A stretch of 64,000 nucleotides of DNA from Nitrospirota bacterium (GCA_963740085.1 CAVUCU010000001.1:1440001-1504000); one strand, 5' to 3'; positions 43,241 to 53,447 are shown, counted from the first letter of the stretch. A program made the numbers and translations. The notes: generated from the letters alone by a model not told the origin.

Positions 43241-43420
43241 CTACTTCCCCAGGACCCTCTTGACCTGACCAATCTTTTCCTGCACTTTGCCGGCTATCTT
43301 TTCGCCTTTCCCTTCGTTTTCCAACTTGGGATTATCGGTGATTTTTCCGGCCATTTCCTTCACCTTGCCCTTTGCTTCGTGAAACTTGCCTTCCGTTTTA
43401 TCCTGCGTGCTGGATTTCAT
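43241..43420 (-). CDS. csbD: CsbD family general stress protein
   Basis: DKTEGKFHEAKGKVKEMAGKITDNPKLENEG. Confidence 0.88.
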   Translation of the reverse strand: MKSSTQDKTEGKFHEAKGKVKEMAGKITDNPKLENEGKGEKIAGKVQEKIGQVKRVLGK

Positions 43421-43488
43421 ACTGTTCCTCCTGTCGAATATTTGCCTGGCTGTTGTCAGGGTACAACCCTTTTTTTCCATTCTGTTTT

Positions 43489-43535
43489 AAAAAAATCCCC
43501 CCGCTGGCATAAGGGAGAGCAATACCAGCGGGAGG
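43489..43535 (-). terminator. Candidate intrinsic terminator after the OmpA gene
   Basis: CCCGCTGG/CCAGCGGG stem followed by a T-tract on the minus strand. Confidence 0.55.
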
Positions 43536-43556
43536 CAAGTTCCTTGACCCCTGTCT

Positions 43557-44858
43557 CTATTTCACGATGACCTCAAAAAGCACTCTCATGTTGGCCTTTG
43601 CCGCCTCTGAGTATATGTTCGAAGGTACCGGTTCATATTCCGCCGGTCTCGTCTCACCGTATCCGACTTTCGTCAACCTGTTTTCTGCAACGCCTTCTTT
43701 TACGAGGAAATCCTTGACAGAGGCCGCTCTTCGTTCGCTCAGCTTCTGATTATATTCTTTGGTGCCGCTGGCGGAGGTATACCCTGCAATCAGGATCTTC
43801 ATGGCAGGGTTCTCCTTCAGGATCCTGGCATTATATTTAAGGATGGTCTTGCCATTTTCGTTAAGCGCCGCACTATCGAAGTCGAAGTGCGAATCCTCGA
43901 GCGAGATCAGCACCGCAGGGACGATCTTCACTGCTGAAATTGTGGTAAAGCTCCATTCATAACTGTTTTCCAAAGCATTGCCTGCAAGGTCCTTGACCCC
44001 GGCTGCGATCGTTGCGGTATAGGTCGTGCCTTTTTCGAGATCGCCTGCCGGGTCAAAGGTGGCAGTTGTACCGGCAAAGGTCACCTTGCCTTTAACAGGT
44101 GTTGTCCCGTTCTTTACGGTAAAGGTAGAGGTGGTGATCGTCGAACGATCCATCTCCTCGCTGAAGGTTGCCGTGATGTTCTTGTCGACTACCCACCCGG
44201 TGACGTAGCTGCCGGGGTTTGTGCAAACCACTTCGGGTGCGGTGGTATCTGCAGCCGAAGGCATGGCAGCGACCGCTTTCTTCTCCGCGCCGAGCAGGAA
44301 GGTCATGCCGATCATGACCTCGACATTACCGCGATTGCTGCGCATAATATCGTAATTGCTGCGATTGTTGCCTGCATCGCGGAACAGCACTTCCCGGGCA
44401 TCGGCCCTCAGGGCCACCGTGTCGGAGACAAAGTACTTTACCCCGAAACCGAAATCGAACGCCCCGCGGGACTGGTTGTTCGTCGCTGGATCCGACGGGC
44501 CGTTGCTTTGAACGATGCCGAGGCCGGCCGCAACGAACGGCACGAATACGCCATCCGGGTTGAAATGATACAGGACATCGATGCCGTAATGGTAGAAGTC
44601 GACAGGCTTGTCGCTGATTCTTCTTGCTTCACTCCCGGTGTAGCCGAAAAATGCCTCAGCCCCCAGGTTTGGCGTAAAATTGTAGCCACCGCGCAGGCCA
44701 TTGATCTGGCCGTTATCCATGTGCTTCTTGTTGTCAAAAAGATTAAAACCGGTGAACGGGTCCAGGGTAAATGTTCCGCCCTGGTTCCCGGCAAATACGG
44801 GGGCGGCAACGCTAAGCAGGAACAATCCTATCGCTAAAACCATTAATATTTTTCTCAT
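43557..44858 (-). CDS. Outer-membrane beta-barrel + Big_5 + OmpA domain protein
   Basis: GLRGGYNF, FVPFVAAGLG; DTTAPEV...ITATFSE; FDFDSA..NQKLSERRA. Confidence 0.85.
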   Translation of the reverse strand: MRKILMVLAIGLFLLSVAAPVFAGNQGGTFTLDPFTGFNLFDNKKHMDNGQINGLRGGYNFTPNLGAEAFFGYTGSEARRISDKPVDFYHYGIDVLYHFNPDGVFVPFVAAGLGIVQSNGPSDPATNNQSRGAFDFGFGVKYFVSDTVALRADAREVLFRDAGNNRSNYDIMRSNRGNVEVMIGMTFLLGAEKKAVAAMPSAADTTAPEVVCTNPGSYVTGWVVDKNITATFSEEMDRSTITTSTFTVKNGTTPVKGKVTFAGTTATFDPAGDLEKGTTYTATIAAGVKDLAGNALENSYEWSFTTISAVKIVPAVLISLEDSHFDFDSAALNENGKTILKYNARILKENPAMKILIAGYTSASGTKEYNQKLSERRAASVKDFLVKEGVAENRLTKVGYGETRPAEYEPVPSNIYSEAAKANMRVLFEVIVK

Positions 44859-44997
44859 TTTGGTGTCTCCTTTTAATTGCACGCCTTATTTCACGTCAAT
44901 ACCGCGACGGCGATCGATCGTAATTTCACGAGTCGAACGGCCTTCCCGTATTTCTGAGATACGGGAAGGCCCGTCGTCTCCTTCATATCCTTACGCC

Positions 44998-46431
44998 CTA
45001 CGGGACAAGCTGGTTGGTATCCAGGGTGACCGCGCCGACCCGTGTCAACGCTCTTCCGTGAAGTACCGCACCGGTGTTCATCGTGATCGACGCATCTGCC
45101 AGTATCGTCCCATCGAATTCAGAGTTCACTCCAAGGGTCGCTGAGCTGCCGACCTGCCAGAAGATGTTGCTGGCCTGGGCGCTGCCGGCAAGGACGATCG
45201 AGGTGCCGGCATCCGTGATGAGCGTGGAGCCCATCTTGAAGATCCAGACCGCATTCGGGTCGCCCTGGGCGTCGAGAGTCAAAATGCCGTTCGGTCCCGT
45301 TCCCGATATTCCGCTCGTGCTCGCGTTAACATAGAGGCCGGGGGCAAGGGTCAGCCCGCCAAGTTGACCGGGCAGTGAGATGGCATTTGTTGATCGTGAC
45401 TGGGCATCATTGTACGCGGCGAGCAGATCGACTTTGGCTGTCTCTGCGATCGGACCGCCCGCGAAAATGGTTCCCGTTACATTGCCCGGCAGGAGTCCTG
45501 CCACCGCCGTACCGGGAAACACCCCGGCATCCCCGTCAATACTCGTGGTAACACCGGTGTTGGTGATCGTGGAGCCGGCCAGAACCCGGAAAGTGCCGGC
45601 CGTTCCAAGGACTACCGGCTCCGGACCAAGATGCCCAAGTGTACTTATAGTACCCGTAGTAAAGCTCCATGGATTCGGTACACTACCAGCTGCCAATGCA
45701 TTGCCTGCAAGATCGCTGGCAGATACAATCACGACGGCATAGGCGGCACTGGGTTCGAGCAGGCTTGCCGGCTTAAAGGTCGCCGTTGTGCCGGCGTAGG
45801 TCAGAGTGCCCAAAATGGTTCCCGAGGGCCCGGTCACCATGTAGCTCGTCGGGGTGATCGTTAAGGGGTCCATCGGCTTATTGAAGGTTGCGGTGATTAC
45901 CTGGTTGATGGGTACATTAATGGCGAGATCCGCCGGCCCTGTGACGACCAGCAATGGCGCGGTGGTGTCCGCAGTTGTGCCGGTTGTAAAGGTCCATATA
46001 AAGTTATTCGCCAATGGATTGCCTGCCACATTCTTGGCCCCGACTGTGATCATGCCGGTATAGGTGGTGTCGGGCGAGAGATTACCTGACGGTGTAAAGA
46101 GTGCAATGTGGCTTCCCGAATCATAGGTGATCGTTGCTGCTGTTACGAGAACTGCGCCGGGCCCTGTCACCGTAAAATCCGTTATATCGGTGACGGATGC
46201 GGCGTTCATCGGCTCGCTGAAAGCAACAGAGATTTTCCTGTTAAGGGGTACACCAGTGGCACTATCAGCCGGGACAGTATACACCACGGTTGGTACGGTG
46301 CCGGCTGAGGGGCCGCCCGGGGCTTCCGAACCATGGTCTCTGTCGCACCCGGCCGCAACAACGACCATGAGCAGCGCCATAAACCACATCATCTTGGTAA
46401 TTGCCTTGGAATAACTTGTGTCTGTTCGCAT
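44998..46431 (-). CDS. Ice-binding-family (DUF3494) lipoprotein with two Big_5 domains
   Basis: Lipobox AAGC; LGTAGTFRVLAGSTITNTG, TLAPGLY, LDAQGDPNAVWIF, NIFWQVGSSATLG, GRAL. Confidence 0.9.
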   Translation of the reverse strand: MRTDTSYSKAITKMMWFMALLMVVVAAGCDRDHGSEAPGGPSAGTVPTVVYTVPADSATGVPLNRKISVAFSEPMNAASVTDITDFTVTGPGAVLVTAATITYDSGSHIALFTPSGNLSPDTTYTGMITVGAKNVAGNPLANNFIWTFTTGTTADTTAPLLVVTGPADLAINVPINQVITATFNKPMDPLTITPTSYMVTGPSGTILGTLTYAGTTATFKPASLLEPSAAYAVVIVSASDLAGNALAAGSVPNPWSFTTGTISTLGHLGPEPVVLGTAGTFRVLAGSTITNTGVTTSIDGDAGVFPGTAVAGLLPGNVTGTIFAGGPIAETAKVDLLAAYNDAQSRSTNAISLPGQLGGLTLAPGLYVNASTSGISGTGPNGILTLDAQGDPNAVWIFKMGSTLITDAGTSIVLAGSAQASNIFWQVGSSATLGVNSEFDGTILADASITMNTGAVLHGRALTRVGAVTLDTNQLVP

Positions 46432-46507
46432 TGGTGTATCCTCCATTGTAAAATTTGCAAAGCACGATAGCCTGTCACTTCCTGTAAGGTAATTGTATAG
46501 GGAGTAG

Positions 46508-46524
46508 TACACTTACCGTGCCAG
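46508..46524 (-). promoter_or_regulatory. Candidate sigma54 -24/-12 promoter
   Basis: CTGGCAC-GGTAA-GTGTA (imperfect -12) ~80 bp upstream of the DUF3494 gene. Confidence 0.45.
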
Positions 46525-46619
46525 AGGAGAACTGCGGTTTCATCGGTGACAACACATTGATTGTGTAGAATAAGATGGAAAGTGAGATAAAGGAGTAAAA
46601 AAAAATCCGTCAAGGGAAG

Positions 46620-46653
46620 CCGTTGCATTTAACAGTGCCGTCAAATGCGACGG
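46620..46653. promoter_or_regulatory. Candidate enhancer (UAS) palindrome
   Basis: CCGTTGCATTT-N12-AAATGCGACGG, ~115 bp upstream of the -24 box. Confidence 0.45.
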
Positions 46654-46899
46654 ATTGCGAAGAGAAAAAATATTGTAGGTCTTATGTTGTACTTCTCGCT
46701 ACTGTTGAAACAATGATCGATTATCGGCGCACCATTTAAATTTTTTAAAACCTAACATCTTTATCGTATTCATACCGCTTAGAAATTTCATTTCTAACGT
46801 TTTTATCAGTGCGTCCCGACAAAGTCGGGACCCGTGGTTACACTCTGTTTGTCTTTATTGGTCTGATCTGAGAGGCGTTACGATCTTTTCAAGCCGGCA

Positions 46900-48078
46900 T
46901 TACTTGCCGAATTGAATTTCAAGGGTAGCCATAAAAGCGAACAACGGATTCCTGCGGCCGGTGTCCTTTTTCGGCAAGGTAACTTCGGGCGCAAGCTCGA
47001 AAAAGAGCCAGGGTCGGTAAAAATTTCTTCGATAAAGTGATCCGATCCGATAATTTTGAATGGCCCAACCAGGATAATTCACTCCCCACATGTTGGTATC
47101 ATAGGAAATTGCGCTCTTGGGTGACAATTGGGTGAAAAGACTGATCCCGGTATTCCAGGTTATGCCGTTGGTGCCGTCAAGGTAGGTTATGTTATTGCCC
47201 CACCGGACAAACGTAAACGTGGTGAACTTTCGTTCAAGATCGAACTGCACGGTGTTCGTGAAATGTTCAATGGTTTGCCACATGGCGATTTCGGAAAATC
47301 GGATGAGGTAGGCCTCGCCAAAGGGTTTCTCGTACTGGAACCGCGTCCTGATATAAGCATCGGGGTGCAGACTGATCTTGATTCCACTGTCAATGCTGAC
47401 CAGTGCCCGGAGCCTGGTATATAAATTCGCTTGCACCCCCACGATTGGTTTTCTGACCCCGGTATCCGGGTCGATTCCGGGATCGACGGGCTGACCCGGC
47501 TGGGTGGTAAATTTGTCGGCAGACGATTCAGAAACAAGATAAAACTTCGCTCTTTTCAGCAAGTTCTCCAGTTGCGGCAGGCGATACCGGAATCTGTAAC
47601 TGTGGATAAGATCAATATTCTGACCCTCGGTCCACCGGACTGAATTTCTCAGCAGAATTAAAGTAGCGGGCCGGACATCCAGCAAAACATGGTTCTTCTC
47701 AAAGAAGGTATCAAACCATACCGCTGGTCCGCAGGTGTTGTCCTGCACGAAGTCATGCACCTGGTCAAGCCAATTATCTCCTTCAACGGTGACGGTAAAA
47801 CAGGGGTCTATCTGCGGCCCGAATCGCTCTTCGCTTATTGTTGATGTCACCGGTCGAGGTGATTTGTCTGTGGTAAGTTTCTGCGGTGCTGCCGGCGCAG
47901 GGGAAGGCTGCAGGGTAGTCGATTCCGTGCTCGCCGGGCCGCTATCCGTCGTAGCCGGGTGTGTTCCAAGTTGTCCCGGAGTTTCAGCTCCGGCGCCATG
48001 AAAACACGTGAAGAGAAGAACGAGGTTGAAAAACAACGCGACAGAGGAATATCGAGGATACTTCATAGCAATAATCAT
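46900..48078 (-). CDS. Exported hypothetical protein, probable outer-membrane beta-barrel
   Basis: Signal peptide; YRRNFYRPWLFFELAPE; ends LEIQFGK. Confidence 0.7.
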   Translation of the reverse strand: MIIAMKYPRYSSVALFFNLVLLFTCFHGAGAETPGQLGTHPATTDSGPASTESTTLQPSPAPAAPQKLTTDKSPRPVTSTISEERFGPQIDPCFTVTVEGDNWLDQVHDFVQDNTCGPAVWFDTFFEKNHVLLDVRPATLILLRNSVRWTEGQNIDLIHSYRFRYRLPQLENLLKRAKFYLVSESSADKFTTQPGQPVDPGIDPDTGVRKPIVGVQANLYTRLRALVSIDSGIKISLHPDAYIRTRFQYEKPFGEAYLIRFSEIAMWQTIEHFTNTVQFDLERKFTTFTFVRWGNNITYLDGTNGITWNTGISLFTQLSPKSAISYDTNMWGVNYPGWAIQNYRIGSLYRRNFYRPWLFFELAPEVTLPKKDTGRRNPLFAFMATLEIQFGK

Positions 48079-48195
48079 GCGGTATTTAGTTCTGAAATGC
48101 TCCTCGCTTTGGAGTGGGTGCTGAAATTTCTGCCTCTCCCCCTCGGGGTTGAGGATAGAGGTGAGTGAGACATGCTGGTTTGAATTTCGGGTGTT

Positions 48196-50304
48196 CTATG
48201 ACATTATGAACGGCGGATGCCGTATTTCCGCATCCGGGCGCGCAGGGTGCTGGGGTTGAGCCCAAGCATCGCAGCCGCGCCGTTTTTCCCTTCGATGCGC
48301 CACCCGGTTTTCTGGAGCACCTGGAGGATGTGGTCGCTGTTCCAGCTCGGCAAGGGCCTTGACGTCCTGCGCCTCCTGTCCATCGGCCTGCCGGAATGTC
48401 ATCGAACCGGTCCAAGTACCTGCAGCGCGGTCCCCTGGCTGGTGATCACCGCCCGCTCGATGACGCTTTCCAGCTCCCGCACGTTGCCCGGCCAGTGGTA
48501 TTCCTGGAGGGCGTTCAGGGTGTCTTTTGACATGGTCTCGATCTTCTTGCCGGTTTTCTTGTTGAATTTGGCGACAAAATGATCGACGAGCAGCGGGATG
48601 TCTTCCTTGCGCTGCCGGAGCGGCGGGATCGTGATGGGGAAAACATTGAGCCGGTAGAACAGGTCTTCCCGGAACCTGCCGTTCCGGATCTCTTCCTCCA
48701 GATTCCGGTTGGTGGCCGCGATGATCCGGACATCGACCTTGATGGTGCGGGGCTGCCCAGCCGCTCAAACTCGCCGTCCTGGATGACCCGGAGCAGCTTG
48801 CTCTGCAGATCCAGCGGCATCTCGCCGATCTCATCGAGGAATATGGTGCCGCCGTCGGCCAGTTCGAAGCGCCCGATCTGACGGTCATGGGCCCCGGTGA
48901 AGGCGCCTTTTTCCCGCCCGAAGAGCTCGCTTTCGATGAGGTTCGCCGGCAGTGCCGTGCAGTTGACCGTTATCATCGGCCGGTCCTTGCGGGCTGCTCC
49001 TGCTGTGGATGGCGCGCGCGACAACTCCCTTGCCGGTGCCGGTCTCGCCGAGGAGGAGAACGGTCGCTTCCTGGGGCGCCACCTGCTCGACCCGGAAGAA
49101 CACATACTCGAGTGGCATTGCTTTGCCCGATGATCTCGCCGAAGTTGAACTCCCTGTCGATCTCGTTCTGCAGGTAGATGTTCTCGGCCTGGAGCCGGTC
49201 CTTTAACTGCTTGTTTTCCGCATTCGCGCTCTGGAGCGACTCTTCCGTCCTCTTGCGCTCCTCGATTTCCTGCAGCAGCCGCTTGTTTACGTTGCTCAGA
49301 TCCTGCGTACGTTCCGTTACCTTCAATTCCAATTCGCTGTATGCCTTTTGGAGTTCTTCCTCCATCCGGTGGCGCCCGGTTATATCCCGGATGATGGCTA
49401 GCCTTCCAACGGGAGCGCCGGATTCACTCTTGAGAACGGACACCGAGGACAGCACATATATCTTTTCTCCATTCTTTTTAATATGGATGTTCTCTCCGCG
49501 CCACGTTCCAGTCGACTTCAGCGACTCTTGAGCCGCGCGTTCATCATCGGCATTGATCCAGGTATAGGTGTAGGCATCCGTCAGGCGGCGGCCGATTACG
49601 TCGGCGGGTTTGATATCGTACAGCAGCTCTGCCGCCTTGTTCCAATACATTATCCGGTCGCCCTTATCGATCGCGATGATGGCATCGTTCACCTGCGACA
49701 GCACGTCGACCTGGAATTTAATCGCATCGTCAGCCTTCCTGCGATCGGTAACGTCGATAATCGTCATGCGGATACTGCCGGCTTTGCCGTCGATATGTTC
49801 CTTCGCTACGCCTTGAAGCTGCGCATAGAACTCCGCGCCGTCTTTTCTCTTAAGCCTGATTTCACAAATTCGGCTGCCCTGTTTTTGAATAACATCTTTG
49901 CGGTATTTTGAAAAAAACTCCCTCTCCTCCGCTTCCGCGATAAAACTGGTAAAGGGCCTCTTGAGCAGCGATCCCCTCTCGATCCCAAGCAAATGCGCGC
50001 CGGTAAGATTAACCTCCTCTATCAGTCCCTTTGCATCAAGGGTGAAATAGCCGACAGGCGCAAAGTCATATAATTCGCTGTACTGGTTCCTCGATGACTC
50101 CAGTTCATCCCGGGACTTGCGCAGTTCTTCATTCTGCATCTCCAGCTCGATCTGGTGCGTACCCAGCTCGTGGACAAGCCCCCGAATGTCACTGGCCGAG
50201 AGCTTTTGAAGTCTCTCGAGCTGTGTGCGCAGCTTTTCTTCGGCCTTCCGGCGCAGGGAGGCGGGACCCTCACTCTGTCGGTCCGATGAAGGGGAATTTT
50301 TCAT
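48196..50304 (-). pseudogene. PAS-PAS sigma54-dependent (NtrC/Fis) activator, multiple frameshifts
   Basis: Fragments with GETGTGK, ESELFG..GAFTGA, FLDEIGE, WPGNVREL and an HTH-type tail spread over several frames. Confidence 0.85.
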
Positions 50305-50462
50305 ATTTGCTGAACCCGCATTATAACTTTAATCGGTGAGTCGTGAATTTGCGCCTCTTTGCCATACGCGGCGAGAGCGCATCCTTTTCTTCTGCTATCT
50401 CTTCTCACGGATAAATAAGATGCTCTGAAGAAAAATCGAACTTGCTCGAACCCGGCAGCATT

Positions 50463-50627
50463 TTAATGGCGCTCTCCATGCCCGCCACCGCGCTCACCAC
50501 CACCGCCGCGTTCTCCATGTCCTTCATGGCCGCCGCCCCTGCCTGATTCAGGTACAAAAACTGGAAAACAACCGCTGAGTACGAACAACAGGACCCCGAT
50601 TATCAATAGCCTCATTGTTTTCATCAT
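50463..50627 (-). CDS. 54-aa Gly/His-rich lipoprotein (not in ORF track)
   Basis: MMKTMRLLIIGVLLFVLSGC-FPVFVPESGRGGGHEGHGERGGGGERGGGHGERH; AAGGAG RBS. Confidence 0.72.
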   Translation of the reverse strand: MMKTMRLLIIGVLLFVLSGCFPVFVPESGRGGGHEGHGERGGGGERGGGHGERH

Positions 50628-51002
50628 AATTCTATTCTCCTTTTTTTGTTCATTTTGGGTCGTCTCAGACTCCTGAAGACTATTTGAGTTCTTCCGGCGA
50701 TGCTCTTTTGAACACTTAGATTATAGCATTTTTGGTGAAAAAGGAACTACTATAAAGTGATTTACAATGGCGATGGGTTTCTCGACAGGAACCGAATCAA
50801 GGAAATGTCCTCTACACTGCGCTTTTATTTTTATTTAGCGCTTACTCTTCTGATGCGCCAAAATCCTCTTTTGCCGTCATCGGAAATGATCGCTTAACCC
50901 TCCATCGAAGCATAGGCTGCGTTTAATCTCTCTGTTAGAATACCGGTTGGCCCTTGAACGAGGCCAACCGATTACATAATTCGCCGACCTTGGCTGAACT
51001 TT

Positions 51003-51527
51003 TTACGCCGCCCTCTCCCAATCCACCCGCGCCAGCTTATTGTCATGCGACCACCGGTACGTTACCTTGCCGTTGAAGGCCTTTCTGATCGACCGGCCGA
51101 TCCGCTGCGCAAGCTTTTCATTCGTCGTGGAGATCACGATGCTGCCATAACCGTTTTCCTTAACGGACATCACACGCTCGAGCGGATTAAAACCCCGAGC
51201 CCGCGCCTCCTCGTTCTTGATAAGGTTCAACAGCTCCTGCTTGTGCGGAAGCACATAATCGCCCTTCAGCGTCACGATGCCGCCGGGGAAATTATCCCGT
51301 ATCTTCAGACAGGCGGGGCAGACGGCGACAGTCGTGTCGCGGACCTCGACCGCGGCCTTGTACATATGCGGATCGGCGTACCACCGCTTGTTCTTGTAGA
51401 CGGCATGGCACCCTTCGCAAACCGTTATCTTCTTGCTTGCGCCTTTCGGAAGATAAGGATCTGCGGTCGATGATTTCTTCTTATATGTTAGTTTGTATGA
51501 TCTCTCTACTTTGCCCAGGGCCTTCAT
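51003..51527 (-). CDS. BCAM0308 family (NMD3-related, Zn-finger) protein
   Basis: DPY..VCEGCHAVY..RW..CPAC.KIRD..PGG..NPLERVM..TTNEKLAQRIG. Confidence 0.82.
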   Translation of the reverse strand: MKALGKVERSYKLTYKKKSSTADPYLPKGASKKITVCEGCHAVYKNKRWYADPHMYKAAVEVRDTTVAVCPACLKIRDNFPGGIVTLKGDYVLPHKQELLNLIKNEEARARGFNPLERVMSVKENGYGSIVISTTNEKLAQRIGRSIRKAFNGKVTYRWSHDNKLARVDWERAA

Positions 51528-51572
51528 ATAAATCGCCTCCTTTGAAAGAACAGCACCTTCTTCAATACACGC

Positions 51573-51791
51573 TCATTGCACCTTCCCCTCGATCTCGGGA
51601 AACTGCTCTTTGAACTCGGGGATATTCCGGGCCAGGAACATCTTCAGCGCCTTGAGCTCTGTCTGCAAATCTTTTATATCTTCAGCCGTTTTCATCTCAT
51701 GCCTCTTCAGGGAATCCGCAAGGTCTGACAGTGCCCTCTCCTGGATCTTGAGCCATTCGATTATGCCGTTCGCAACCTGTTTGTCGCTCAT
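51573..51791 (-). CDS. Hypothetical coiled-coil protein
   Basis: GAGG RBS; operonic position. Confidence 0.6.
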   Translation of the reverse strand: MSDKQVANGIIEWLKIQERALSDLADSLKRHEMKTAEDIKDLQTELKALKMFLARNIPEFKEQFPEIEGKVQ

Positions 51792-51807
51792 AACCACCTC
51801 GCTCCCG

Positions 51808-52119
51808 TTACGTATTCAGTTTCATCCCGAGCTTCTGTTCCACCGACCCAAGCTTCTTCTCGATCCTCGCGTCACTCCCTTTGCGATCGTCAATCTTGAT
51901 GGTGGTCACGGCGCGCTCCGCATCCCTCATTACCTCATCGTGGCACTTTTTGACAACGCCCATGACCTCATCCCATGAGCCTTCGAGTACCGTGCCCATC
52001 GGATTTGCCTTGTAGCGCACGCCACTCTTCAAAACGATCTGGAGAACTCGCGCGACCACGGCGCTGAGGCTGGTTCCCGTCCCGACCGGTACCACGCTGA
52101 ATTCAACCATAACGCTCAT
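51808..52119 (-). CDS. MTH1187 family thiamine-binding protein
   Basis: EFSVVPVGTG.SLS...PMGTVLEG...IKIDDR. Confidence 0.9.
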   Translation of the reverse strand: MSVMVEFSVVPVGTGTSLSAVVARVLQIVLKSGVRYKANPMGTVLEGSWDEVMGVVKKCHDEVMRDAERAVTTIKIDDRKGSDARIEKKLGSVEQKLGMKLNT

Positions 52120-52361
52120 ATTGAGCCTCCTGAGAAATAGTATTGTAACGATTGCGAATCACAGCCTGCCCTGATTTAAGTATAGCCGCGATTACCAATG
52201 ATGTAAACCCCGTTTCAGAACAAGTTCTTCAGTGAAAACCGGTAGTACCGAACGTGTCGATCCCTGACCCGAAGTGGCCGGCTCCGTGGTGAGATTGTCG
52301 TTTTGAATTTTCCTACCATCTTGAGGAACAGGTTTATTGAATTTAGCAGGGAGCTTTTCCG

Positions 52362-53228
52362 TTGAAAACGGCGAGGGCCTATGCAATAATCGCAAAGAAG
52401 GATTTTGCCGGACAGGGGACGAGATGCCGTCTTGGCGAACCGGGAGCTGCGGAATACGTTATGAGAACTCTTCTCAAGGGACTGGGGATAATTCCCCTTC
52501 TTACGCTTTATGTTCTGGTATCGGGGATCATCCACCTGCTCCCGGCTAAGAGAAATATAAAGCGTGTTGTTACCATACGGACCACCTCTGCCTTTGCGCG
52601 CATCGCTCGCATTCTGCTCGGGGTCCGCGTCCACGTGAAACATCCCGACCTCCTTCACGCAGCCGGAAAAGGACGCCTCATTGTCTCGAACCATCTTTCC
52701 TATGTCGATGTCCTGGTCATCGCGTCGCTCGTACCCTCGGTCTTCATCACGTCGGTCGAGCTGAGGAACACTGCGCTGCTCGGCACACTGGCGCGGCTCG
52801 GCGGAAGTATCTTTGTAGAGCGCAGAAAACCGTCGGGGCTGAAGCGCGAGATCGAAGACATTGCCATGGCACTCAGCCAGGGTCTTCCCGTGGTGCTCTT
52901 CCCCGAGGGGACAACGTCGAATGGCGACCACGTACAGCCGTTTAAAATTTCCTTGTTTGACTCAACCCTCATAGCGCAAACCGACATTTTGCCCGTCTGC
53001 ATTCGCTACACAGGGGTAAACGAAGAGCGCCTGACCACGCGTAACCGCGACAAGGTTTTTTATTATGGCGGCGTCGCTTTTGGGAAACATCTTCTCCGGT
53101 TCCTGTCTCTCACATCCGTCGATATAGAGGTCGTTCCCCTCAAGGCTATCGACGTTCAGCCGGGCAAATCTCGGAAAGACCTGGCCGCGGAAACACACGA
53201 GGCCATCAGCGCGGCATATCACGGGTAA
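52362..53228 (+). CDS. Lysophospholipid acyltransferase (PlsC-like); start may be 52461
   Basis: NHLSYVD, FVER, FPEGTTS. Confidence 0.88.
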   Translation: MKTARAYAIIAKKDFAGQGTRCRLGEPGAAEYVMRTLLKGLGIIPLLTLYVLVSGIIHLLPAKRNIKRVVTIRTTSAFARIARILLGVRVHVKHPDLLHAAGKGRLIVSNHLSYVDVLVIASLVPSVFITSVELRNTALLGTLARLGGSIFVERRKPSGLKREIEDIAMALSQGLPVVLFPEGTTSNGDHVQPFKISLFDSTLIAQTDILPVCIRYTGVNEERLTTRNRDKVFYYGGVAFGKHLLRFLSLTSVDIEVVPLKAIDVQPGKSRKDLAAETHEAISAAYHG

Positions 53229-53447
53229 GTGGCTTCAGAGGGACCACTGCGATGCGGCCGGATTATTCATTACCGGGTCTGCCGCGTGTTCCAGGCCTGA
53301 CAGTTGCGCCGGGACACGTGCATGTTTCATGTTATGCTATTGGTGGGTCAGATGAGACGGGAAGGTTTTGAGTGCATTCTGCAAGGGAGCTGATCCTGTC
53401 CCCGCATTACAAAGAAGGATGATCCACGTGTGTTATGCGATGCTTCT

